DNA of 59,368 bases, counting the filler. It is 6 parts of 6 records of this genome, joined end to end, with 100 filler letters (N's around TTAATTAATTAA, not from the genome) between each part and the next. Parts side by side here need not be neighbours in the genome. Positions count along the whole stretch, not along the records: positions 1 to 7,040 come from DRR723986_74216; positions 7,141 to 18,378 come from DRR723986_77956; 4 more parts are not named here. The stretch is one strand, 5' to 3'. The notes below the pieces were generated by a model that was given only the letters and a program-made list of their open reading frames with translations, ran no database searches and had not been told where the DNA came from. A program made the position numbers and the translations under genes. Below are positions 1 through 8,792 of the stretch, in pieces (within the stretch, counting starts at the first letter, position 1; every line of letters begins with the position of its first letter).

Positions 1-26
1 GTCCTAGACCGCTAGACGATGGGCGC
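1..26 (-). tRNA. tRNA-Glu, 5' fragment truncated by contig edge
   Basis: Minus strand reads GCGCCCATCGTCTAGCGGTCTAGGAC, an acceptor 5' strand plus D-arm typical of tRNA-Glu; anticodon not in window. Confidence 0.75.
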
Positions 27-56
27 GCGGTCGACGCGGCTGCGTCGTGGGGAGGC

Positions 57-85
57 TTATAGGCGGGATTGAAGCAGCCCGCAAG
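57..85 (-). promoter_or_regulatory. sigma70-type promoter of tRNA-Glu
   Basis: Minus strand CTTGCG-N17-CTATAA, close to the alphaproteobacterial CTTGAC-N17-CTATAT consensus, just upstream of the tRNA. Confidence 0.6.
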
Positions 86-151
86 AGCCTTTGCGACAAT
101 TTTTTGCAAGCCCGGAATCCCGGGCCTGCGCCTGTTGAAAACTGTCCGGTT

Positions 152-592
152 TTACCATTCGCCGGTATTGGGCATGGAGGCCCAGGGTTCTTTGATTTCA
201 AGCGCTTCACCCTTTTGAAGCAGCTCGAAGGAGATGTTGTCCGGCGAACGGACGAAGGCCATGCGGCCGTCACGTGGAGGACGGTTGATGGTGACACCCT
301 TGTTCTGCAGGTTCTCGCAGAATTCGTAGATGTTATCGACCTCATAGGCGAGATGGCCGAAGTTGCGGCCGCCGGTGTAGGTTTCCGGATCCCAATTGTA
401 GGTCAGCTCGAGAAGCGGCGCAGCGTTTGCCTTTCCGGCTTCGACATCATCGGATCCGGCGAGGAAGATCAGGGTGAACCGGCCTTTTTCGTTTTCGTAG
501 CGACGGACTTCCGTCATGCCCATCTTGTTGCAATAAAAATCAAGTGAGTCTTCAATGTTGGTCACGCGGACCATCGTGTGCAAATAACGCAT
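152..592 (-). CDS. gloA: Lactoylglutathione lyase (glyoxalase I, VOC family)
   Basis: [26 protein letters not shown] and [14 protein letters not shown] motifs. Confidence 0.92.
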   Translation of the reverse strand: MRYLHTMVRVTNIEDSLDFYCNKMGMTEVRRYENEKGRFTLIFLAGSDDVEAGKANAAPLLELTYNWDPETYTGGRNFGHLAYEVDNIYEFCENLQNKGVTINRPPRDGRMAFVRSPDNISFELLQKGEALEIKEPWASMPNTGEW

Positions 593-646
593 GTCCTATC
601 CTTTTCCTCAATCGAGGGATTTTCCAAACGGGCACCGGACCGGCCG

Positions 647-1408
647 ATGAAGTGCATTGATACCTTGCCCGAAGCTCAGCGCTTTGTGGCACAGTTCAAG
701 GAAGGTTCCTACCGGCAGATCGTTGCCCTGACCGGGGCGGGGATATCGACGGACTCCGGAATTCCGGATTTCCGTTCACCTGGCGGGATATGGTCCAAAC
801 GTCAGCCTGTTCAATACCAGGACTTTGTTGCCGATGAGGATAGTCGCCTGGAAGACTGGGACCGCCGCTTCGAAATGATGGACTATTTCGCAAGAGCGGA
901 GCCGAATGCAGCACATCTGGCCATGACGAGCCTGGCGCAGGCCGGCAAGCTTCATTGCCTCATCACACAAAATGTCGATGGCCTGCACCAGCGAGCAGGG
1001 TTTCCGGACGACAAGCTTGTCGAGATCCATGGCAATTCCACATTCGCAACTTGTCTTTCCTGCGGGGCGCGGGCTGAACTGGAAGCTCAGAAGCCGATTG
1101 TTGACGCCGGGCAAAGTCCGAGATGTTCAGATTGCAACGGACTGTTGAAGGCGGCGGTCATAAGTTTCGGGCAGCAGATACCGGAAATGGAACTGGAGCG
1201 GGCAGCGGAGGCTGCTGCTGCTTGCGATCTGTTTCTGGTGTTGGGCTCGTCACTTGTCGTGCATCCAGCTGCACAACTGCCGGCCATCGCCGTTCGTGGC
1301 GGTGCAGACCTAGTGATTCTAAACGGCCAGGAAACGCCGCTCGATTCTTACGCGTCAACAGTCATTCGAACGCCTTTAGCTCAAACATTTGCGAGATTTG
1401 GCGAATAA
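647..1408 (+). CDS. cobB: NAD-dependent protein deacylase (Sir2 family)
   Basis: GAGISTDSGIPDFR, TQNVDGLH, HGN, CxxC/CxxC and GSSL motifs; start at ATG 647 avoids overlap with gloA. Confidence 0.9.
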   Translation: MKCIDTLPEAQRFVAQFKEGSYRQIVALTGAGISTDSGIPDFRSPGGIWSKRQPVQYQDFVADEDSRLEDWDRRFEMMDYFARAEPNAAHLAMTSLAQAGKLHCLITQNVDGLHQRAGFPDDKLVEIHGNSTFATCLSCGARAELEAQKPIVDAGQSPRCSDCNGLLKAAVISFGQQIPEMELERAAEAAAACDLFLVLGSSLVVHPAAQLPAIAVRGGADLVILNGQETPLDSYASTVIRTPLAQTFARFGE

Positions 1409-1562
1409 CCGGCCTGATTTCCGTAAATGGTCTGTGGTTAGTCCGACAATTTCCCTTCTCGCCAGAAAGCACAATGTTATCCTTTTGTTAGGAATCAGCT
1501 GGCTGGTGAGTCGAATTTTGCCTTCAGCTTAATGATGCGGACCAGAGACGGGACAAAAGGCT

Positions 1563-2144
1563 ATGGGGGTTAAAACCGCACGGGAGCCCCGCGCACTCGA
1601 AACATTGACGGACGAAGTCGCCGTTGATGTTCTCGAGATTGCCGGAACGATTAAGTGGTTCGACGTCGGGAAAGGATATGGCTTCATCGTCCCGGACGAC
1701 GGCGACGGTGATATCCTTTTGCACGTCACCTGCCTCAGGCGAGACGGGTACCAGACTGCTTACGAAGGCGCGCGGGTTGTTTGCGAAGTACTCGACCGGC
1801 CGCGCGGTCTTCAGGCCTTCCGCATCCTGTCGATGGACGAAAGCACTGCGACCCACCCGTCACAGTTGCCACCGTCGCGCACCCATGTTCAGGTTGTCCC
1901 CGAAAGCGGTTTTGAAAAAGCGACCGTGAAATGGTTCAACCGCGTCAAGGGCTTCGGGTTTCTGACCCAGGGTGAAGGTTCAGAAGACATCTTCATTCAC
2001 ATGGAGACGCTGCGACGCTTCGGCATCACTGAATTGCGTCCCGGCCAGGATGTGCTGGTGCGCTTCGGCGAAGGCCCGAAAGGCCGCATGGCCGCTGAAA
2101 TCCGGCCGGTCGGGACAGGCACCCATATACCTGCCTCTCACTGA
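1563..2144 (+). CDS. Cold-shock protein with two CSD domains
   Basis: Two KWF..KG(Y/F)GF RNP1 motifs; typical alphaproteobacterial tandem CSD gene upstream of DUF192. Confidence 0.93.
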   Translation: MGVKTAREPRALETLTDEVAVDVLEIAGTIKWFDVGKGYGFIVPDDGDGDILLHVTCLRRDGYQTAYEGARVVCEVLDRPRGLQAFRILSMDESTATHPSQLPPSRTHVQVVPESGFEKATVKWFNRVKGFGFLTQGEGSEDIFIHMETLRRFGITELRPGQDVLVRFGEGPKGRMAAEIRPVGTGTHIPASH

Positions 2145-2175
2145 CCCCACTTTCCGTCATTCTGCACATTGACTC

Positions 2176-2199
2176 GGCCGGACATGTTCCGGCCTTTTT
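2176..2199 (+). terminator. Intrinsic terminator after the cold-shock gene
   Basis: GGCCGGA-CATGT-TCCGGCC followed by TTTTT. Confidence 0.8.
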
Positions 2200-2313
2200 G
2201 TTTGTCGACCTTCAGGCAATCTTCTTCGGCAGACGGGAAGTGATATTCCGGTCTTGCCTTTGACTGCCAGTTTCCCAAACCGGTTCTGCCGGGCCTTTCA
2301 GGAAGTTTTCAGA

Positions 2314-2799
2314 ATGCGTCCTTTCTTTCTGTGTCTCTCGCTTTTTGCTGCAACACTCTGGATTTCGCTCGCGGGTTCGCCTGGACAGGCGCTGGCACAG
2401 GACCCGCAGTTGAACCTGCCGGTGGAAGATCTTCTCATTCGGTCTGGAGACAAGGAACACCAGTTCAAGGCGGAGGTTGCGGCAACGGACCGGCAACGGT
2501 CGATGGGATTGATGTTCCGCAAAGAGATGCCGGCGGAACGCGGCATGCTGTTCCTCTTCGAAGGGGAGGGCGACCGTTACTTCTGGATGAAAAATACACC
2601 CCTGCCGCTCGACATCATTTTCATTGACGCGAAGGGGGCCATCGTCAGCATCGCCGACAACACCACGCCTTTTTCCGAAGACGTCATTCCCTCGCTTGGT
2701 CCGGCGAAGTACGTGTTCGAAATAAACGCCGGTCTGGCGGAAAAACTCGAAATTTCGGCCGGAGACAAGGTCAGCAGCCCGTCCATGGGGCTGGAATGA
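2314..2799 (+). CDS. DUF192 family exported protein
   Basis: GLMFR, GMLF, FWMKNTPLPLDIIFI and YVFEINAG motifs; signal peptide after ATG 2314. Confidence 0.9.
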   Translation: MRPFFLCLSLFAATLWISLAGSPGQALAQDPQLNLPVEDLLIRSGDKEHQFKAEVAATDRQRSMGLMFRKEMPAERGMLFLFEGEGDRYFWMKNTPLPLDIIFIDAKGAIVSIADNTTPFSEDVIPSLGPAKYVFEINAGLAEKLEISAGDKVSSPSMGLE

Positions 2800-3041
2800 A
2801 ACCGAATGGCACTTATTCCAGCGTGCCCGAAAATTCTAAAAACATGAATTATAAGCGTTGACCGATGAGGCGGCCAGACTGGCGACCGACAGGACCAGCA
2901 GGACGCCTGTTGGTGCAGACACGGCGGTGATTACCGCGGAAGCAGAAAGCTCCATCACCGCACCGATGCACTGAGCCTTCTTTTTGTCACCGCCCGCAAT
3001 GGATACGATAATACCCGTCTTTTTGACGACTGTGGCACTGA

Positions 3042-3293
3042 CTGCAACCAACGCGGCTCCGGGCGATCTCGGCCGGCGCACGGATCGGCGCGGCGGCTGC
3101 GCAGTCACAGACAGATCCGCCGTTGCCGGAAGACTGCAGGAAGCGACAACGATCGGGCGTTGTTCTCGGCGATCCGTTTGATGTCGCGCTCATAAAAACA
3201 GACGAGACCCTCGGCCGGGCAATTAGCCGGGTTGCGCGCTGCGCAAGCTGGCACGACACCTATCGAAACTGCTTGGGCGGGGCTGTGGAATGA
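3042..3293 (+). pseudogene. Phage Rz1/o-spanin-like remnant lacking an intact start and lipobox
   Basis: Frame reads ...RIGAAAAQSQTDPPLPEDCRKRQRSGVVLGDPFDVALIKTDETLGRAISRVARCASWHDTYRNCLGGAVE*; its TGA overlaps the next ATG (ATGA); resembles small lysis lipoproteins of rhizobial prophages. Confidence 0.5.
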
Positions 3294-3648
3294 GAGTCTG
3301 GCATAGCTTTTCGGCGTGGATGCAAACCGCAACAGGAGAATTGGCAACCGCCGGCCTTGCCGGTGCGGCTGTGTCTGCTGCAATGGAGTGGTCAGCGTTC
3401 CTGCCGGCAATGCGGAAAATCGTCGTCGGCACTCTTTGCGCGCTTTATCTGTCGCCTTGGCGATCCCGCTTCTATCGCTTGTCCTGGGCGGACTGAATGT
3501 GCCGTTGGAGAAGACGGCCGGCATGTCCGGTTTTCTGATGGGGGGCCTTGGCGTCGTCGTCAACGAAATCCTGCTGAAGGCTTTCCGGCTCCACCGGATC
3601 TATCGTGTCGCGCTTCTACACGGGGGAACGCACGATGAAGAAGCGTAA
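3290..3648 (+). pseudogene. Frameshifted phage holin-like membrane protein
   Basis: ORF 3290-3496 (..KIVVGTLCALYLSP) joins ORF 3316-3648 (LAIPLLSLVLGG..GFLMGGLGVVVNEILLKAFR) across a one-base loss near 3456, giving ~119 aa with three hydrophobic segments. Confidence 0.6.
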
Positions 3649-3965
3649 ATAACCCAAGGAGGCAACACGCAGTCATGGCAGGGTGTTCCTTGGCTGCGTT
3701 GGCTATCGGTCTGCTCTACGTGATTTTTTTTGAGCGGATCTTTCCGCGGTGCAGTTGATGCGGGCTTGTCGTGGAAATGGGTCCGGTCTCCAATTAGTTT
3801 CTCGACCATGTCGTCGACCGCATCGCTCAAGTGCATGGCCGTCCGATATTGCGGCGAACCGATCTTTGCCGATCGTATGACCTGGACAGCTCCAGCTCTG
3901 CCAAAACTGAGCTTTTCCAGCACTTCCTGAGCGTTGATGAAACCGCGTCCACTGCGACGTGACAT
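3600..3965 (-). CDS. Small prophage-associated hypothetical protein, probably SOS-regulated
   Basis: MSRRSGRGFINAQEVLEKL..AVDDMVEKLIGDRTHFHDKP resembles small alphaproteobacterial prophage-end proteins; LexA box directly upstream; C-terminal tail may be read-through. Confidence 0.65.
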   Translation of the reverse strand: MSRRSGRGFINAQEVLEKLSFGRAGAVQVIRSAKIGSPQYRTAMHLSDAVDDMVEKLIGDRTHFHDKPASTAPRKDPLKKNHVEQTDSQRSQGTPCHDCVLPPWVIYASSSCVPPCRSATR

Positions 3966-3982
3966 ATCCAAACTTGAACTAA

Positions 3983-3997
3983 GTTCCTTATTTGTTC
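3983..3997. promoter_or_regulatory. Alphaproteobacterial LexA (SOS) box
   Basis: GTTC-CTTATTT-GTTC, exact GTTC-N7-GTTC, 17 nt upstream of ATG 3965. Confidence 0.75.
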
Positions 3998-4182
3998 TAT
4001 TATTTGCCGGTCAGTCAGTTTAGCAAGAGCAGAAATTTGAAATCACGGCATCTCAGACGACTAGCAATAGCCGGACAGTACATCGATGTATTTGTCTCGC
4101 AAGTGTCCCGAAATCCGAGGAAATTCACTCAGGATTTGCACGAAATCCGGCGATGGATTTCGGAGGAATGGCAACCTGTCTA

Positions 4183-5421
4183 TTACTTGTCAGTCAAATC
4201 CTTTTTTATAAGACTACGAAGACTTCTTTTAATACGTTTGCTATTGATTGGATCAATTTCTATGGCTTTCTTGTATATTTTCTCGGCTTCTTTCTTACGT
4301 TTAGGATCTCTGGCAATTAGATTGCCTAATGCGCCGTAAGCGTTAACAAAATCTGGCTCTATTTCTACAGCTTTCTTATATGCAATTTCTGCATCATCCC
4401 ACTGTTCTTTATTATCTTCTAATAGCAAACCTAGATTGTAGTATGCACCAGAGTTATCAGGACTCAATTCAATGACTGCCCTATATGAAGCTATCGCTTC
4501 ATCAGTTCTCTCAATGTCGCTGGATAACAAATATCCGAGATTAAAATGGAAACGAAAGTCCCTCGGATCTAGTTCGATCGATTTACGGAAACAATTTTCT
4601 GCCTCCTCTTTCATTTCAGGTGTTTCGCTAAGCAATTTCCCTAAATTGTTGTGAGCAATAGCAAAATTTGGATCGCATTCAATCGCCTTCCTGTATTCTT
4701 TTTCTGCCTCGTCCTCTCTCGCAGGATCATTCGCAAGTAGAACAGCAAGAGCATGGTGCGCTTTAGCATTGTCTGCTTGTATCTCGATTGCCTTTTTGTA
4801 ATCTCTCTCTGCCTCTTTTCTTCTCGAGGGGATCCTAGACTTTAACCTTCCAAGTTGAATTCTAGAAAAGACGTGATCTGGATCTATCTCTATGGCTCTG
4901 TTAAATGCCTCTTCAGCTTCATTTTGTCTTTGTGCGTCGGCGCTAAGTAAATAACCCAAGTTAAAATATGCCAAGGCACTTTCAGGATCCAATTCGATCG
5001 CTATTCGGTAAAAGCTTTCAGCCTCTTGATGTCTGGTAGGGTCGTCGGAGAGTAGTCGTCCAAGTGCTATATGTGAGAGCGTGTGTTTTGCATCGAGCCT
5101 AATCGCGTCACGGAATTCGTTTTCCGCTTTTTTGTGCTGGTTCATGCCCAAATAGTACAAACCTAACATCCTATGGCAATTTGGGTTGTCAGGATCCCTT
5201 TTTATTGCCTGATCAATAAATTCCCGTTTTGCTTTGAAAAGATCCGCTCGTGATGCGAATGCAACAATAGAGTTAGAATCGAGGTCGCCGCCCATTAACA
5301 GCCAAGCGTCGTGAAGTAGTCGATCGACCTCGGACGAAAGTTGTCGAAGGTCGGAAATACGTTTTTGTTCGGCTAGTTTTTCGGTTTGTTTTCTCGCCCG
5401 CCTGCCTTCGAAGAGGGCCAA
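4183..5421 (-). CDS. Tetratricopeptide-repeat protein (about 9 TPRs), possibly 5'-truncated by a nonsense codon
   Basis: Regular ~36-aa repeats A(H/Y)xNLGxLL...EAExxYxKAIExDP; frame stays open to 5517 and has an in-frame ATG at 5535 behind TAA 5520-5518. Confidence 0.85.
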   Translation of the reverse strand: MALFEGRRARKQTEKLAEQKRISDLRQLSSEVDRLLHDAWLLMGGDLDSNSIVAFASRADLFKAKREFIDQAIKRDPDNPNCHRMLGLYYLGMNQHKKAENEFRDAIRLDAKHTLSHIALGRLLSDDPTRHQEAESFYRIAIELDPESALAYFNLGYLLSADAQRQNEAEEAFNRAIEIDPDHVFSRIQLGRLKSRIPSRRKEAERDYKKAIEIQADNAKAHHALAVLLANDPAREDEAEKEYRKAIECDPNFAIAHNNLGKLLSETPEMKEEAENCFRKSIELDPRDFRFHFNLGYLLSSDIERTDEAIASYRAVIELSPDNSGAYYNLGLLLEDNKEQWDDAEIAYKKAVEIEPDFVNAYGALGNLIARDPKRKKEAEKIYKKAIEIDPINSKRIKRSLRSLIKKDLTDK

Positions 5422-5930
5422 TGTGGAGATAAATACAGCCGCTACGGTACCAATTGTTCGAATTGTGTCATTAGAAAATGACGAAAACCAGTTTTTGATG
5501 TCGATTAATGGTTGTATTTAGTCAGACCAATTCATTTTTTAACTCTACAGCGATTAACGGATAGCTTTTAATTGTGCGAACTTTCGAGTTATAAGTTGTA
5601 CTGGCGATAATATCTAACGCGGACCCCTTAGCAAGACCACTAACTGTATTAGGCAACGTTTTTGCTAATCTACGAGATTCACGTACTACCCGCAAAAACG
5701 CCAACTATCGCCCTATTTTGGGGCCTTGTTCGCTTGAAAATTGTCTGTGCTGATCAGCTGCGACAGTTAATGATTGGATTAATCTGTTGGGACATTTCCG
5801 ATAATTGCAATTCAGTGAGACGAGGGCGTAAGGATTTTTGTTGAATCGAAGAAGGAGCCTAAATATCAATTGACTTGTAATGCTTGCATATCACTTTCAC
5901 TGTAGAGTTTTTATTGAGGGGGGAAAGGTG

Positions 5931-6446
5931 ATGGTTTTGAATATTGACGAGATCAGCGATGTTAAAAAAGAAATATTTGGATCAGAAGATTTAGTGCCGC
6001 TAAAAAACCTTGATGTTATAAGAAATAGAGTTTCTTCTAGCGTGAGCATTGAAACGTTTTCTTCAAATATTTCAGCTAGGTGGAATCTTCGAAACGCACC
6101 TGGTAGTCGCCCCTATTACGAAGAGCTTTCGGAGTTTTCTGGAGACATAATTTTCTTTGACCGAAATTTTCTGGCAACTGGTGACGCAACGTACCGTTCG
6201 AACGTGACGCCACGATGGGTTGGCAGTTGGGGGGTAGATTATAACGACGCCAATCGTACGCTTAAACTGCTATCAAATACCGCTGAGTTTGTAATACCAG
6301 ATGCTCTTCAAAATCCAACGATCAGCTTTCGCTTAGATGTAGCGCGTTCAGGGTTTCAGATTGTTGTCAGGCACGATATTCAAGTCAGTACTGGTAGAAA
6401 TTGGTATATCCAAAAAGGTTCTTACATGTCTCTATTCCTTAGGTGA
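5931..6446 (+). CDS. Hypothetical protein (lower-GC cargo)
   Basis: 171-aa ORF with purine-rich RBS GAGGGGGGAAAG before GTG/ATG; no recognised motif. Confidence 0.6.
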   Translation: MVLNIDEISDVKKEIFGSEDLVPLKNLDVIRNRVSSSVSIETFSSNISARWNLRNAPGSRPYYEELSEFSGDIIFFDRNFLATGDATYRSNVTPRWVGSWGVDYNDANRTLKLLSNTAEFVIPDALQNPTISFRLDVARSGFQIVVRHDIQVSTGRNWYIQKGSYMSLFLR

Positions 6447-6858
6447 TATTTGATATTTTCTACATGTGCGATTTCATTACTTGATTAGTTGAGATTTATT
6501 GTCGGGTGCTAGAAACTTTGAAAAATTAATCTTGTTGTGACTAAAAGTCCTCGCGATGTGCCGCGAGTAGTCGACAATTGACTAATTGCTGCACTTCTGA
6601 CGCTATTTGCAATGCGCCATGGCAACATGGGCCAATGCCCGGTAAACCTGTTACTCACCTATTCTCGGTGCAATCTCCTCCCTCGAGAACTTGAGTAAAA
6701 AGACACCGAGTTGCGAACTAAAGTGTTCCACTTTATTGCGTATTGCAAAAAGTGGCACGTACAGACCCAAAAAGTCCGATGAAAACCAAAGTAGAAAACA
6801 CGTTTTGAGCGCTGACCGAACTGCCATCGCTTTGTCGGTCTGCGAATCAGAATGAAGT

Positions 6859-6873
6859 GAACAGGCCATGAAC
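6859..6873. promoter_or_regulatory. LexA-box-like direct repeat
   Basis: GAAC-AGGCCAT-GAAC, exact GAAC-N7-GAAC; a one-mismatch copy TTTC-N7-GTTC lies at 6930-6944. Confidence 0.5.
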
Positions 6874-6874
6874 A

Positions 6875-6919
6875 TATTTCGGGACTATTTCGGGACTCGC
6901 TTGTCCCATCTTGTCCACA
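6875..6919. repeat. Tandem short direct repeats resembling integrase arm sites
   Basis: TATTTCGGGAC twice (6875-6896), then CTTGTCCCAT/CTTGTCCACA (6900-6919). Confidence 0.55.
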
Positions 6920-6994
6920 AAGGCGCGATTTTCATGGTTTGTTCTAGCTTGACTGGTCTCAGTCAGAGCTATAAACCCAAGCAAATCAACGGAT

Positions 6995-7040
<46 letters not shown>

Positions 7041-7140
7041 NNNNNNNNNNNNNNNNNNNNNNNNNNNNNNNNNNNNNNNNNNNNTTAATTAATTAANNNN
7101 NNNNNNNNNNNNNNNNNNNNNNNNNNNNNNNNNNNNNNNN
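7041..7140. other. Artificial contig linker
   Basis: N-run + TTAATTAATTAA (stop codons in all frames) + N-run; identical linker occurs five times. Confidence 0.98.
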
Positions 7141-7854
7141 ACGACCTTCACCACCACCCATTGGGTGATCTACTGGGTTCATTGCTACACCTCTTACACG
7201 AGGACGAGCTCCGAGCCATCTCTTACGACCGGCTTTACCCAATACTACGTTCATGTGATCACCATTGGAAACAGTTCCAATAGTTGCCATACACGTATTA
7301 AGAACAAGTCTCATCTCACCAGATGGAAGTTTCACTGTCACGTATTTCCCGTCACGGGCTACGATCTGTGCATAACCTCCGGCACTTCTTACCATTGCGG
7401 CACCTTTTCCTGGCTTCAATTCCAAGCAGTGTACAATCGTACCCATTGGAATGTTCACCACTGGCATCGCGTTGCCCACTTCTGGAGCAACTTGCTCACC
7501 GGAAATCACTGTTTGTCCCACTGACAAACCTTCCGGGGCGATAATGTAGGCCTTCGCACCATCTGCATAATATAGTAGGGCAAGACGTGCTGTTCTGTTT
7601 GGATCATACTCGATAGATTTAACTACCGCAGGTACGCCGAACTTGTTTCTTTTGAAGTCTACAATACGTAGTCTTCTCTTATGACCACCGCCAATATTAC
7701 GGACAGTCATTTTGCCTTCATTATTTCGTCCACCTGACTTCTTGATAGGAGCAAGAAGAGATTTTTCCGGCTTTGACGTTGTAATCTCGTCAAATGCTGG
7801 AGCTACTCTGAATCTTGTCCCTGGAGTTACAGGCTTCAACTTTTTAATTGCCAT
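7141..7854 (-). CDS. rplB: 50S ribosomal protein L2 (3'-truncated)
   Basis: GGRNNEG, IEYDPNR and [17 protein letters not shown] motifs. Confidence 0.98.
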
Positions 7855-7867
7855 GATATAGATTCAA

Positions 7868-8155
7868 TTAAATTTCTCCGTAAAAATCAATCACTTCACC
7901 GTCGGCTACTTGCACGATTGCTTTCTTGAAAGCATTGGTAAAGCCTGAAACCACTTTAGCTTTGGTGTATCTAGATTTATGCTTTGCTGCATATCTGATG
8001 GTTCTGATAGAAACCACTTTCACACCAAACGTTTTTTCTACAGCAAGTTTGATTTCCGGTTTCTTCGCAGTTTTTTCCACGATGAATCCATAAACGCCTC
8101 TTTCGTTCATGGCAGAAATCTTTTCTGTAATTAAAGGCTGCTTTAGAATATCCAT
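7868..8155 (-). CDS. rplW: 50S ribosomal protein L23
   Basis: PLITEK and KKAIV motifs; operon position. Confidence 0.97.
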   Translation of the reverse strand: MDILKQPLITEKISAMNERGVYGFIVEKTAKKPEIKLAVEKTFGVKVVSIRTIRYAAKHKSRYTKAKVVSGFTNAFKKAIVQVADGEVIDFYGEI

Positions 8156-8159
8156 TGTC

Positions 8160-8789
8160 TTATTTCGATAAAATGGTTTCCAACTTACTTAAAGAACCTT
8201 CACAGATCACTAGGTGATCAGCGTTAAGAACCTGGTAAGTATTTACATCATTTACAGTCACAACTTTCGCCTTTGGCAAGTTTCTGCTGGAAAGGAACAC
8301 GTTAGCATTTTCCTCAGGAAGTACTAGTAGCGTCTTCTTATCTCCAAGAGACAAACCGTTCAGCAATGCCAAGTAACTCTTAGTTTTTGGAGAGTCAAAT
8401 GAAATGCTTTCCAATACTGACAAGCTGTTATCTTTCACTTTATAAGTAAGTGCAGATTTTCTGGCTAGTTGTTTTACCTTTTTATTCAATTTGAAAGAAT
8501 AGTCTCTTGGCTGTGGGCCAAATACTCTTCCTCCTCCTCGGAATAGCGGCGACTTGATAGATCCAGCACGTGCACTACCAGTGCCCTTTTGCTTTTTGAT
8601 CTTACGAGTAGAGCCAGCTATCTCATTTCTCTCTTTAGACTTGTGCGTACCTTGTCTTTGGTTAGCCAAGTACTGCTTTACATCAAGGTAGATCGCATGA
8701 TCGTTTGGTTCGATTGCGAAAATCTCATCAGACAAGCTGATTTTTCTACCTGTGTCTTCTCCTTTTTGATTAATTACTGCTAATTCCAT
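8160..8789 (-). CDS. rplD: 50S ribosomal protein L4
   Basis: [21 protein letters not shown] and [11 protein letters not shown] motifs. Confidence 0.98.
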   Translation of the reverse strand: MELAVINQKGEDTGRKISLSDEIFAIEPNDHAIYLDVKQYLANQRQGTHKSKERNEIAGSTRKIKKQKGTGSARAGSIKSPLFRGGGRVFGPQPRDYSFKLNKKVKQLARKSALTYKVKDNSLSVLESISFDSPKTKSYLALLNGLSLGDKKTLLVLPEENANVFLSSRNLPKAKVVTVNDVNTYQVLNADHLVICEGSLSKLETILSK

Positions 8790-8792
8790 GGC

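Larger units (their letters stand above)
2800..6945. mobile_element. Decayed prophage-derived islet between DUF192 and tRNA-Pro
   Basis: Lysis-gene remnants, LexA boxes, lower-GC cargo ORFs and tandem repeats next to the tRNA; no integrase present, boundaries approximate. Confidence 0.6.

Noticed and set aside
47-547. 166-aa plus-strand ORF and the many other short overlapping ORFs in the track
   Set aside because: Antisense or alternate-frame shadows of well-supported genes (gloA, rpoC, fusA, RND permease and others).
4183-5421. TPR protein as a named anti-phage system
   Set aside because: No effector domain (nuclease, TIR, SIR2, CHAT, NTPase) is visible, and the sirtuin at 647-1408 is a housekeeping-type CobB outside the islet.
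7041-7140. TTAATTAATTAA palindrome between N-runs, repeated five times
   Set aside because: Identical 100-nt artificial linker; not biological. The apparent alphaproteobacterial/Bacteroidota mosaic is concatenation, not horizontal transfer.
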